A stretch of 64,000 nucleotides of DNA from the human T2T-CHM13v2.0 reference genome, Homo sapiens: NCBI RefSeq assembly GCF_009914755.1, contig NC_060933.1; one strand, 5' to 3'. The notes under the pieces are model-generated. The model ran no database searches. It was not told the DNA's origin and worked only from the letters and a program-made list of their open reading frames with translations. Positions 14,248 to 26,498 of this stretch are shown one piece after another. Both the position numbers and the translations under genes were made by a program. Within the stretch, counting starts at the first letter, position 1. Every line of letters begins with the position of its first letter.

Positions 14248-14442
14248 AAGGAGTTGCAGTCTAGTGGTGGATATACAGTGGGCAGACCATTACTGTTTAA
14301 AATGCTAGGTGCATGCTAAGTGCCACTATGTGGTTTTGATAGAGGGCCTTCAGGACTCAGAGGAGGAACAAGGACTTCCTGCCTGGGCAAATGAAAGGAT
14401 ACAGAGAGGAGATGGCACTGGACCTAAGCCTTGATACCAAGG

Positions 14443-14940
14443 TATGATGGCTTTGCCATATGTCCACTTGGTTGGACTGAACTGCCTTCCCCAGAATTCC
14501 CTTTCTTCTATGTTTCTAGGCTGGGTGGGGCACAAGGGAGATTCCCACCCAAGGAGAAGGGAAGCAGTGGCCATTTCTTAGTGCACAGGTGTGTGGGGCT
14601 GCTAACTCACTTTGTTGGCGTGAAGCAGCAGCTGGCCTGCCATTGCTCTACCTTCCCCTGTGGTCTTCTGTAGCATGTCTGACTTCCAGGTCAAGTGTGT
14701 GTTTAGCTCTGGGATAAAGGGCTTCAGCTTCTGAAGGATACTCTCATCAGTAAGGTGAGAAGCAACGAGACGGGACACGGTCCTTTTTTTGCTTGAGGTG
14801 CCAGCCTACTCCTGATTTTCTCTTCCTGTCTTCCCCATGGAGTTCAAGCTCCAGCCACATGTAGAGACAACAGCCTTATGGAGACTGCGTAACCAGCTCC
14901 CACGATCGTGTAGATCGTGTAAGCCAGTTCCCTGTGACAC
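14443..14940 (+). mobile_element. MLT2 (E/F-like) ERVL LTR
   Basis: tgatggctttgccatatgtccacttggttggactgaactgccttccccagaattccc...agacaacagccttatggagactgcgtaaccagctcccac. Confidence 0.75.
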
Positions 14941-15045
14941 ACAGGTGGAAATGACGAGAAAGAGCGTTGGAGGCAGAGGGAATAACAGGAACACAGGAGT
15001 GGAAGAGAAAAGGTAGAAGTAATACCATAACCACTTGTATAACAC

Positions 15046-15141
15046 CAGTAGTGACCAATCAGAATGAATCATTACCCCAGCACTGACCAATCAGAATGAA
15101 GGCAGACCGCAGCACTGGCCAATCAGAACAAATGCTTGCCA
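15046..15141 (+). promoter_or_regulatory. Three 32-bp units, each with an NF-Y-type CCAAT box
   Basis: CCAAT at 15055, 15087 and 15119, each in G(A/G)CCAATCAGAA; function not shown. Confidence 0.5.
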
Positions 15142-17156
15142 CAGTGCTGAAGCAGGGTCCTGGATGGCCCGGCTGTGTCCCTTTTAGTTACTGAATTATA
15201 AGGTCTTACTGAGGAGAAGTCTGAGTGGGTCTTGTGGTGGTTAAAAGTATGGGAGTGGGGATCAGAGAACCAACTATTTGCCAACTAGTACAGAAATGTT
15301 TTAATATTTCAACAGCTTGCACTATCATACTGATGCATTCCAGCTAAATAGAAGCTCTGAGAAAATATGCGTGGTGTGTGTGATGCGTAGCAAGTTGTTT
15401 AATGTTGCTGGCTCGTGGTATGGCTGTAGTTTTAACCACCCGGTGACTCAATTCAGTGAAATTGATTTAACCTGTTTTGTCTTAAGTGGCCATAGTCAAA
15501 ATAGCTATGAAAACAATTCCATGGCAAAATGCTATTTTATACCAATCACAGATGACCAAGAACCTATGCTTTCACTGAATGAGGGATCAAAAAGCAGGAA
15601 TTTTAGCCAGTGTTCTGCTACTGTCACATTGTGACCTGGGAAAGTCATTTACCACGACCCATCCTGCAACCAGAAGGAATGGCCTTACTTGGGCTTTCCT
15701 CTGTGTAATCTTCTTGAGACTGGAATGATCCTCCATTCCTTAAAACTATGAGTAAAGACATATTTCACCCAAGAAACCTGCCCTACATCTCATTGGCTCG
15801 GCATGAAATTTTTAGCTTGTGGTAATTATTTTACATGAATTGATATTATATTCCCTGTTCTCTTTAGGTAGCATCACAGGTGTGCAGCTTATTCCTCCTT
15901 TTGATTGGCTTGATCTCTCAACAGATGCATAATTTACCGGACATCCCTTTTATACTCTGTAATGTCCCCTGCTACCTAGAGCTCCGCATACAGCAGGTGC
16001 TTAATAAATACTTAAGCGTCCATACAGCATTTTGGTAAATGTTCCAGTTCCAAATAAAAATCAAACAGGATATTTTTGTGTATTTAAGGGTTTTGGATTG
16101 TGTCTAGCGTGGTATTTCTCTCTACTTCCCTTCCACTGGCATGAATAATTAATAATAGAGTTGGAACTCCGTGTGTGCATGCCCATAATAGTATTTGTGT
16201 GCATATAATAATGGTGTAAAACTTAACTCATTTTGCTTCAAATAAAAAGCCATTCCTGTTTAACAATTAGCGGGTATGAACACAAAGATCATTTTAGCAT
16301 CTTAGAGCCAATAATTTCTTGTAGATAAGCTAAAGCTACCAAAAATTAATATTTATCATTAAGGAGAAATTCAAATCTTAAACAGAGAAAAATAATACAA
16401 TCAACTCTAGACACTTAAATATTCTTGTCCTTGGAGAGTTAGGGCAGTTGGGCTTAATCTGCCACATTCTCACTAATAAAAATGTCACTATTGAACTCAC
16501 TGTTCTTTTGGAAAATGAGAAATACAAATTGAACATTCTATAGGGAAAAATCAATACAGGAAAGTGTTGGACTATGGTTTTAAAATAAGCTTCTAAACCC
16601 AAACAAAAAGTAGATATACAATTAACAGAGTAGTGGAATGCGAATGCAATTGCTGAGAGTATGAAATTTTGAATATGAACTCTTTCCTCTCAAGCAATTG
16701 AATTAGTAGAAGAAATTACTAAGAAAAAGCTGAACAGAGATGACTACAAATAAATAAAAATTTTAAGCCTTTTGATATTACTGTGAGACCAATTTTTCTT
16801 CTTAAGCCTGGAAGAATTTCTGAAAAATTCTAAGGTAGGTGTTTGATCTTTTCTGCTTGACTTATTTTTTCTACTTAGCACATACACATTTATTTGAATT
16901 TGAAAATGTTTACTGCACCCATGTGTAAAAATTAACATATATATTTACCATGACCTTGTGATGTATACAAGGCAGAATGGAATGAGAATATTTCTTCTCC
17001 AGTCCATTTCTCTGGAATAAATCATAAATTGTTCCATTGTTATTAAACCATTTTTTAATAGTTCAGCTCCCAGCATTAGCATCAATAAATTCCTCTTCTA
17101 AATATAGAAAGCAAGTCACTATTTTCTTTAACTTTCATAACCTCATCCATTCCTTC

Positions 17157-17219
17157 AACTAGTTTTTCACTTACACATACTTGTACACATACTTGTATGT
17201 GTAAGTGAACAAACTGGTT
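17157..17219. repeat. Inverted repeat (hairpin) with an internal 12-bp tandem duplication
   Basis: ttcacttacacatac (17166-17180) and gtatgtgtaagtgaa (17195-17209) are perfect reverse complements; tacacatacttg occurs twice. Confidence 0.9.
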
Positions 17220-17889
17220 TTTAATTCTTAGCAAACTGCTCATTCCCCAACAGATGAAGTGTCTCTTAATCTATGCCAGTGCTCTTTAGTCAGAATTGGT
17301 CTTCTGAGTCTATATTTTGCCCCCTATCACTTTGCTTTCATAAAGAGCATCACAGAAGCTTATTCATTAGCATTCAGAGTCAGTCTCTAATGTAGGGGTA
17401 GCTCTGATGCAATTTACGTTTAGTTCTTTCCATGCTTCCAGTTCTTTATATCAAGCCCTCCTGTTAGCTCTGAGGATAAGTGAGCCAATTGGAAAAGGTT
17501 TTGAGCCCTTAGCAAATCTCATCATAAGATATATCCAAACACTGTAATCTGAATGCAATCTTCATTAAGAATTTCCACCACCTGCTTGCTGAAGCCACAG
17601 CACAGCTCCACTCATAATCACCATGCAGGGGGCAGCATTAGTTAATGTCATTAGACAAATGTTGCCATCTCCTTGTGCATGTTCATTAGCACCAGGTGGG
17701 AAAATACAGGCATGGAAATTTTGGGTTGATTCAGGCTTGGACATTATTTATTCAGCTAACTTTCTGAGCATCCTTGAAAAACCAAAAAGGTTGGATTTGA
17801 AATAACTTTTTTAAAAACATACTTCAGGGGCAGTGTCAGAGTTCAACTTCACTAATGAAAGTAGAGGGTTACTTTCCCAGAGGTATGGC

Positions 17890-18020
17890 ATTGGGTAAGT
17901 TGCTTACTCTCTTGGTTTCCCCACCTATAAAATAGGGAGGATAATTTTATCTACCTTATAGGGTTTGTATTCAGATTAAATGAGTTGATACAAATAAAGC
18001 ACTTTGAACAGAGCCTGGTT
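17890..18020 (+). mobile_element. MIR
   Basis: ttgggtaagttgcttactctcttggtttccccacctataaaataggg...agattaaatgagttgatacaaataaagcactttgaacagagcctgg. Confidence 0.8.
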
Positions 18021-18189
18021 TGTTTTCATCATCATAATCTTCATCATCATCTTTGTTATGCTAACTCTGCTTTCCATTGTTCATCTGAGCACACCAGGGA
18101 GCCCACAGGGACCCACATGGGCCACAGAGAGTAATTTGACTCTGAAACACAGCAGCTTTTGTTTTCTTTTCTTTTTAACCTACATCCTT

Positions 18190-18545
18190 GGAGCACTTAC
18201 TAAGTGCCAGTCACTATGCTAAACTGTTTGCAAACATTTTCTCATGCAAACCTCACAACAAGGCTAACAAGATAGATACAAAACTGTATTACAATTTCCA
18301 TTTTATAGATGAGGAAATTGGAATTTGGAGAAGTTAATTTGCTTATAGAAATAAGGTCCACAGACTCTAAGAAGTGGATAGACTTGTATTTCATACTAAC
18401 TTTGTTTTAGGTGTTATATTGACCTCAAGACCAATTATGAAACAAATATTTAGAGCTGGAAAGCCTTTCCCATTCATGTAGTGCACATGTAGGAGTTAAG
18501 ACTTAGAGAAGTTAAGGACTTCACCCAAGGTCACACAGCCAGCTG
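18190..18545 (-). mobile_element. MIR fragments
   Basis: ccattttatagatgaggaaattgg; cttagagaagttaaggacttcacccaaggtcacacagc. Confidence 0.75.
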
Positions 18546-19040
18546 TGACTAGCTGGCATCAGAACATTTACAGAGGTCCTTGGCCCTCTAATGCTCTGCT
18601 TTTTCTCTATATATTATTTTACGTCATTAACAGATTGCTCCAAATGTGAAAATATTCAAACTGTGCATTCATCTCAAGGCATGAGTTTCTGCAGCAAGGA
18701 AATCATTTATATAAATGGAAAATTAACTGAAGGGAGAAAAGAAATACTTGGGATAGGTTTTTGAAATTTAAACACAATTGCTTAAGTAACATCTTAAAAG
18801 ATGGCATTAAAGTCATACCCCAGAAGCCACAAATATGATAATAAAAGGTTTACAGTGGCTGTTCTACCAGACATTCTTCAATCCCATTTTCTTTCCAGTG
18901 TTTATAACTAGCACGGAACTGAGGCAATTAAGAACAGCTTTCTTTCAGCTTCTCTAAGGCTTCTTGTGTTTTAAACCTGAATTCCTGAGGCCAGGGAGGA
19001 AAAGGGAATTCCCTAACCTCTGCGTCCGCCACCTCCTTTG

Positions 19041-19041
<1 letters not shown>

Positions 19042-19092
<51 letters not shown>
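19042..19092. repeat. (CA)25 microsatellite
   Basis: Read directly. Confidence 0.97.
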
Positions 19093-19094
<2 letters not shown>

Positions 19095-19697
19095 CTTCCT
19101 CCCAGAATGAAGAATTTCCTTCATTCTTTTCCTTTTTCATCTCTTCTGTCTCACAGCCTCCACTCCCTCCCCCAAAACCTAAACTTCAGAACTTGGCTCA
19201 GTGACATTCCCTCAAGATCAAAGTTAAATGATAATTTCCATAAAAACCAAAGTCATTTCAGTCTCACTATCTCTCTGAAAGTCTGAGTCTCATGCCAATA
19301 AAGCACAAAAAAATTCCACACTCCCTTTCTCTTCAATATGAAAGTCCATGCTCCCTCTTCCTTTCTTCTGGTGTCTCTTCACTCCTCACACATTACTGCT
19401 TTTCTGCAGAGATGTCCACAGTAAGTTCCACCTTCTAATTTAAGATTTAGCTACTTCCAGTGCCTCTTTTTCTCTCCTGGATAGGCAATGCCTGTGAGGA
19501 TTGAGGCTACAGTAGTAAGAAAAGAACCAAGAAGCAAGGCGGTAGAAAGTTGGAAGACAGAGAGAGAGAGCAGTGATGAAGAGGGGATTGTAGGAAATTC
19601 ACATAATTACTTCAAATATTAAAGATCATAGAGCTTGTAAGTGACTTGGTTAAAATACTAACTCAAGGCTTTTTGACCTGAGTCAAACAAAATCCAA

Positions 19698-20566
19698 TTG
19701 TTGAGAATATCATAACAAAAGGGATGAAGACTGGTCCCAATAGGAGTTATGAGCTATACTAGGGATTGCAACATAAAGTGTCTGTGCAAGAGTGTGAGTC
19801 AGTGACATAAATATGGGGAAGAGTGGGAGAGACTACAGGACATCATGATACCACCTTTACATATTTCTGTGGCCTTGCTTCACACATCTTCAGAAGGAAT
19901 CCTCTACCTGACCTTATTCAGCACAAATAATGGGCTGAGAGCAACAGCAAGCAAGCTGCAGTCTGGACAAGGCCCCTTCCCTTCTCACTGCCCCCATCAC
20001 CCCTCCACGCATAACCACAGATATGACCAGGTAGCTCCTTTATTGCAAGGTGAATGAGGAGGTTCTGATTTTCCCCTGAAAGTGGAAGGGAACCCTTTCT
20101 GAAATCACTGATATTTTTCAGGAATCCTTCCACAAAGTCACTAACTGGAGAGTTAACTGATAGCAGGGGGAGTACATATTTCCCTTTGTCTAAGATGTCA
20201 CCAAGTTTTATGTAAATTAAAATAATTGTCTCCCTCAAGAAATGGAAATAGTAATACTCCATTTAGTTGTGAAGTAACTTCAGAAAGAGAAAATACAGGT
20301 GTGTGAGTGTTTTTTCTTTTTCTTATTTGAAAGGAAAATATCAAATTCCTAACACAGAAAATCTCCCTGAGAGTCTGCCTCCAGTAGGAAAGCTTATTTT
20401 GAATTCTGCAAGTTTTATGAGAAAAGCATTAAGCTCTAATAAGTAGCAATTTTAGTATTATTCCTTGGATGTTAAGTTCATTTGTTGAGAATACAATAAT
20501 ACCATGGGATGAAGACTGGTCCCCATAGAAGTTATAAACTATCTTAGGAATTATGACATGAAATGT
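19698..20566 (+). repeat. Diverged dispersed direct repeat of about 85 bp (19698-19781 and 20482-20566)
   Basis: Both read ttgttgagaata...gggatgaagactggtccc.atag.agttat.a.ctat..tagg.att...acat.aa.tgt. Confidence 0.85.
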
Positions 20567-20784
20567 TCATATATCAATTATAAAAAATGAATCTATTTTC
20601 TGTTGCTCCATTTTCAGTTAGTAGGAGAAAAAAAGTATTCTACAGAGTCTGTTTAAACAAACAGAAAAATGAAATCCTAGAGTATATATTCAATAACACC
20701 TTGGCTTGATAGACAGTCCTGACTTGGAAGTATGAATCAACAAGTGGTTTTTCTGATATGATTGGACAGAAATATAAGATAATG

Positions 20785-21233
20785 GAAGGTAGAACTAACA
20801 TTTCATGATCATACTCCTATGTCCATTGTCACCTAACTTTGTAGTGCTATCCCACTCCTATTCTGGGCTCAGCCTTATGACCTGGGTTGGTCAATGGGAT
20901 ACTAACAAATGTGGGGCAAACAGAGATCCGAAAAGCACTTATGGGTTTCCACTTGTTCTTGTCCTCTACCATAGCCATAAGCATGTATTTGCATTATCCT
21001 TCTGCTCGCACAGAGTAGAGCAAAAGTCACCTCAGTCATCCTAGCTGAAACTATCCTAGGTCAGTCAACAACCAGCCAATCCCTGCACAAGACAAAAAGA
21101 ATGTCTTAGCTGACCCAAGATCAGCAAAATCTCCTAGCATGCCTTCCAGATGCATGAGTAAAGAATGTTTATTGTTGTGTCATTTGTGGTGGTCTGTTAT
21201 ACAGCATGATTATGGTACTAGATAACTAATACA
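20785..21233 (+). mobile_element. MLT1G/H-like MaLR LTR
   Basis: tctgggctcagccttatgacctgggttggtcaatggg...agatgcatgagtaaagaatgtttattgttg...gataactaataca. Confidence 0.75.
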
Positions 21234-21649
21234 AAACCTACAGTGATGAAATGGTTTCTGGATATCAAAACATATTGTATATTGTGTTACATGTTATATG
21301 AAAGCTACAGTAGGGATATGTGTTAAGACAGACTGGTAGGCCTGTATGGCCAAGCCACTTCCAGGCAGGGGAAGGATTCTCACTTAAAAGAGATTATTCC
21401 TGGTACCAACCACTCAGGGAAAAGCAGTGTCTCCCCAAGTAGAAATTGAATCTGACAGTATGGACCATTGTCAATTGGATGATATGGCAGGGTCTCTCCT
21501 GGGCAGGAGCATTTGTCTAGCAGGATGTTTCTCTGAGAGGCCATTCAGAATGACACTTCTGCTGTGTGGGGACTGACCAGGAGCTGAGCAGTGAAGGACC
21601 CACGAGGTTCCATGTGATCACTTTGGTAATGATGATGATGATGATGACG

Positions 21650-21900
21650 ATGGCTGACACCAACTGAGCAGGTTGCTTATTATGTCCCAGGTAATATACT
21701 CAGCCCTTGATGTATGTCAACTCATTTAATCTTCATAACAACCCTATAAGGCAGGCATTTTCTTTCCCTCATTTTATACTTCAGGAAACTGAAACCCAGA
21801 GCTAGAATATTAAGTGACCTTTGTCCTTTGACTAAGGACAAAATAACAACTAACAAGTAGAGCTAGATGGCCACAAATCTGGCTCAAGAACTCTATTCTA
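21650..21900 (-). mobile_element. MIR
   Basis: ctcatttaatcttcataacaaccctataaggcagg...attttatacttcaggaaactgaaacccagag. Confidence 0.8.
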
Positions 21901-22264
21901 AAGAGCTTAGGGAACCAAACAACAAACAAGTTGAGTAAGGACGAGGACTTTATACTTTGTTAGCTGGGTTGCTGATGGTCCTAGTACTATGTTTCTGACA
22001 CTGCATGGTCAGGAATTTTTCACCACTATGAGGCCAGTATCTTGGTGGCAGTAGGAAGGGAATAGAAAGAGAGAGAGAGCTACTGTGGCAATGAGAGTGA
22101 GAGAGAGAGAAAGAAGGAAGAAAATCTTGATGAGAAGGTAAAGTTGGGGCATGAAGTCAAATGCCGTTAGTCAGGGGGCTTTACTTTGTTCCCAGTTTTC
22201 CCAGGAGACTGTCTACAGGTGCTAATTCCTTAGAGGTTCTGGGTTTAATTTTACTGAAGAGGTG

Positions 22265-22760
22265 GTACTTCCTTATGTTTTGTATGTGCCAGGCAGTTTT
22301 GTAAGCTTTTCACATACATTATGCATTGAATTCTAACTACAACCTTTCAAAGAAGAAAGGGACTTTTATCCTTAAAGATCAGTGCTATTCGAAGTGTGAT
22401 TCCTGGACGTGTGGCAGGCTGTGAACTCTTTCTTTCCAGTCCACAGCGAGATGATACAGAAATTAAAAGTGGCTGTTTAGAAGCTTTTAGAGAGAAATTT
22501 TCTGCTTGTTGAATCTAATAATCTAAAAAAATGAGTGCATATCTTATATGTCTACATTTTCTATTTAATTTTCCTGGTAATTCATATATTTTACAAAAGT
22601 ATTTTTCCTCAAATGGATTGGAAATTTAAGAAATACAATTTGGGAAGTACTATTCTATACCATGGAATTGAGGCTCAGAGAAAGTGAGCAACCTTGCCAA
22701 AGTTTCTGTCATTACGAGAAGAGCAGCAGGACTCAAACTCAAGTCTTAATCTAATGCCCA
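22265..22760 (-). mobile_element. MIR interrupted by a DNA transposon
   Basis: tatgtgccaggcag...ctacaacc before the insert and ggaattgaggctcagagaaagtgagcaaccttgccaaag after it. Confidence 0.65.
22380..22652. mobile_element. hAT-Charlie (MER119-like) element
   Basis: cagtgctattcgaagtgtg...gatacagaaattaaaagtggctgtttagaagc...gttgaatctaataat...tttgggaagtact. Confidence 0.65.
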
Positions 22761-22922
22761 AATTAATGTCCAACTTGACTCTACCTGCCCACACTTGCCT
22801 GTTTAAATAACGATGTTAAGCTCATCTTTTGAGGGGTGGGAAGAGGATGATGGGATCTTTCAACTGGTGATCAGCCAGGCCATCACAAAGTGTAGAAATA
22901 GGACTTTAAAAACCAAAGGGAA

Positions 22923-23055
22923 GCCAGGTGCAGTGGTGTGCGACTGTAGTCCCAGCTACTCGGGAGCCTGAGGTGGGAGGATTGCCTGAACCCAGGTGTT
23001 TGAGGCCAGCCTGGGCAACACAATGAGAACCCCATTTCTAAAAACAAACAAAAAC
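22923..23055 (+). mobile_element. FLAM (monomeric Alu)
   Basis: gccaggtgcagtggtgtgcgactgtagtcccagctactcgggag...gaggccagcctgggcaacac plus an A-rich tail. Confidence 0.9.
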
Positions 23056-23344
23056 TAAATCAAAATGATGCTACCAGTGTTCTTGTGTAGCAGACACTGC
23101 AATGTGCAATGCCATGGCATTTATCCGGGACATGATTTATGCAGCATGACTTGGAAATCACAGTGAAATCTTTTCTCTTGCTCCTTCTGCAACTCCCTAA
23201 GGGAGAAAAATAAGAAACACATAAAATTCTCATTTAAGAAAAATTATTTAACAGACCCTACATCCAGTGAAGCAGTTCATTTTGTGGTTGGAAATTCAAA
23301 GGAATTTTTTTCTATCATCTGTTAAAAGAAAATCATGCTGTGAT

Positions 23345-23540
23345 TACAGCAAGGAGTAGTAGATAGACGTGGGCGTTGGAGCAAGACACACTTAGATTTG
23401 GGTCCTGCCTTTACCATTTTCTTGCTATGTAATCTTGGCATCATGCTAATATTTCTGAATTTTGTCCTCATTTGTAAAATGTGAATAATCCATAACTCAC
23501 AGGATTTGGGGATAATTTAATAAAGGTAACTCACATCAAT
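23345..23540 (+). mobile_element. MIR
   Basis: ttgctatgtaatcttggca...cctcatttgtaaaatgtgaataat. Confidence 0.7.
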
Positions 23541-24734
23541 TACTTTCATCAAATACAAAGTAGAAGGATAATTATACCAGATACCTCCAAACCAGATACA
23601 TTTTACCCGCTTGTTTAAGATTCTTTCAAATGCTGTGGCTATACAATTTCAAAATAATTAACTAAAAGGTTGTTTAAAATTGTTTAGTTATTTAGATAGT
23701 AGGTTTTTTTGAAGTACGGGATAAAACAAGGTTATTGGACTCAATTTTAAAAATTGACTAGCTAAATGTTTGCATGTTTTGTTTCCCTATAGAAAAAGTG
23801 TAATAAGTTAGGATGATATTCTGGTTTATCATACACTGAAACTTGTTTCATTAAATTTGTGATCTATTCACATTTATAGATTATTGATAATCTTATCTCA
23901 TAAGGATGTTGGAGAGTCATAAGAGGAAGTCAAATTAGATTATGTAATATATGGTTTCCGGTATATGATAAGCACTGAATAAATGTATTTCTCCCTTATT
24001 CTACTTTACTTATAGGTGCTATAATTTCTAGGAGAATGCCACTCTATAGAATTTAATTATATACAATTACTACTATTGTAGATTCCTACATTAAGACTTA
24101 ACAGAATGAAATAATCTCTACTTGGAAGGTAGAAGTACAGTGATTTAACACTGCTATGAATTTGTCCTGAAACCCTATAGTGAAATTTCTCCAAATGAAC
24201 AATAATAAAATATCTATGATAGACAATTTTTAAGGTCTGTACTCCAAGCAGTTTCTAAAGTGGCAGGGAGCCTTTGGCATTTCCTCAGTAATTGGTCCCT
24301 AAATTGTGTCAACAAGTGCTTATGTACTCTTTACAGTTTTGCCTGCTTTTGCCTTTAACCATTTCAATATTCTTTCCTGAGCAAAGCATAACCTACGCTT
24401 TAGAACATTAATTGATTTTTCCTTGCAACATCCTAGGGGGTCTGAAGACCAAAGCCTCTTTGAAGAGCTCATTTTAGGCAACATTGGAAACAATTTCAGA
24501 ACACCATATAGGATTAGTTAGAAAACCACTTGGAAACATTTGGTAACTTTAGTTCTACCATCATGCTGTCACTTAGGTTGAATCTACAGATTTTTGGATC
24601 CTTCTAGAGCACACATATTAACCAGCTCACAGAGTTATTTAAGCACTAAATGAAACTAGGTCTGTAAAAGTACTTTCCAAACTACCAACAATATGCAAAG
24701 GCTGCAAAATGGTCAGATATTATTTCGTAGGATG

Positions 24735-25010
24735 CTTTTGCTTCCTCACAGTCCCGTCAGGGTTACAAGATGGATGCCATGGCCAAATGTCACAAACTCA
24801 TATGGCAGTGTCCTAAGCAGGAAGGATGGGAGGAAGGCTCCTTTTTATCAGGTAGGAAAATCTTTCCCAGAAGCCCCAACTCCAGCAGGTTTCCCATAAG
24901 TTTTTGTTGGCTAAAACTGGGTCACATGGTCATCCCTAAGGGAGGGTAATGGAATAACCAATCTCAGCCAAGTGGAAACAGGATCACCATGGTTGGTTTA
25001 GGCCAAAAGA
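24735..25010 (-). mobile_element. Old MLT1 (K/L-like) LTR fragment
   Basis: ggttacaagatggatgcca...tctttcccagaagcccc...ttggctaaaactgggtcacatggtcatccct. Confidence 0.65.
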
Positions 25011-25284
25011 ACACAAAATGGTCTGATTTAAAGGTCTGTGATATTTAGGCTCCAGGTCTAAGAGCCTAGCTTAGCTTTTTTGGGCTCCCTTACTTCCTGT
25101 TCCATATAAATAATTTCATTTTAACACTCCCTAGACATACTGACTATATATTCTGATGTCCCCTCTTAAATATAATTATTTCCCCAAAGAAACTATGGCA
25201 ATCTCAAAAAAATCCTCCAGTGTGCCTGAACTCTGCTACATGAATTCTTCCATGTTCATCCCTATACTTCTTGTCCATCTCGTG

Positions 25285-25500
25285 CAACATGGAATTGAAG
25301 GGAAATAATGAGATTTGGAATCAGATGGACCTGTGTCTGAGTTGTGGCTACATTGCCTCTTAGTTTGGTTAAGTTGTGGAACTTCTTTGCACTTCTATTT
25401 CCTCATCTGCAAAAGGAAGACAAAAATATTCAACTTACAGGGTTTAGTACAAGGATAGAAAGTGCCAGGCGTATAGTAGGCATCCAAAACAGATGATTCA
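25285..25500 (+). mobile_element. MIR
   Basis: tttggaatcagatggacctg...tttcctcatctgcaaaagg...gtgccaggcgtatagtaggc. Confidence 0.7.
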
Positions 25501-25764
25501 TTTATGTTTATCTTTATTATTATGACACATATCCATTTCTGTGATTGCTTTATCTCTAAATCTGGTTCCAACTTTTCATTTGACTCATTTGGGTTGGAGA
25601 CTTTTTTTTTTCCATGTTCTGCTTTTGTTTTGTTTTGTGGCTTATCCTGGCTTTAACCCTGTATAGGTGGCCCTCCATATCTGTGGGCCTGCATCCTCAG
25701 ATTCAACCAACTTCAGATTGAAAATATTTAGAAAAAAAAATAACAATATGACCATAAACATACG

Positions 25765-26048
25765 TTTTTGTTTGTTTGTTTGTTTTTTTGAGACAGTATC
25801 TTGTTCTATCACCCAAATTGGAATGCACTGGTGTGAACATGACCTCCTGGGCTCAAGCGATCCTCCCAAGCAGCTGGAACCACAGGCCCGTGGCACCACA
25901 CCCAGCTAATTTTTAAATTTTTAACTTTTTGCGGTAACAGAGTCTTGCCATGTTGCCCAGGCTGGTCTTGAACTTTTGGCCTCAAGCCATCTTCCTGCCT
26001 CAGCCTCCCAAAGTCCTGGGATTACAGGCATGAGCCACTAAGCCCAGT
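25765..26048 (-). mobile_element. AluJ
   Basis: ctcctgggctcaagcgatcctccc and ggcctcaagccatcttcctgcc J-type sequence; (TTTG)n tail. Confidence 0.9.
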
Positions 26049-26110
26049 GCAAGTTAAAAAAAAATACAGTAAAACAATTATTGTTATAGCTTTCATATTG
26101 TATTAGGTAT

Positions 26111-26498
26111 TGATATGGTTTGTCTCTGTATCCCCACCCAAATCTCATCTTGAATTGTAATCCCCATGTGTTGGAGGAGGGGCCTGGTGGGAGGTGACTG
26201 AATCATGGGGGCAGACATGCCCCTTGCTATTCTTATGATAGTGAATGAGTTCTCATGAGATCTGGTTGTTAGAAATTTTCTGAGTGTAGCACTTCCTGCT
26301 TCACTCTCTCTCTTCTGCTCCACTATGGTAGGACATGCTTACTTCCCCTCCACCTTCTACTGTGACTGTAAATTTCCTGAGGCCTCCCAGTCATGTTTCC
26401 TGTCAAGACTGCAGAACTATGAGTCAACCAAACCTCTTTTCTTCATAAATTACCTAGACTTAGGTAGTTCTTTATAGCAGTGTGAAAACAGACTAATA
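26111..26498 (+). mobile_element. MSTA/MSTB MaLR solo LTR
   Basis: tgatatggtttgtctctgtatccccacccaaatctcatcttgaattgtaatcccc...tctttatagcagtgtgaaaacagactaata. Confidence 0.92.

Noticed and set aside
15046-15141. CRISPR-like repeat-spacer look of the 32-bp units
   Set aside because: Mammalian context, only three degenerate units, spacers too short, no cas genes
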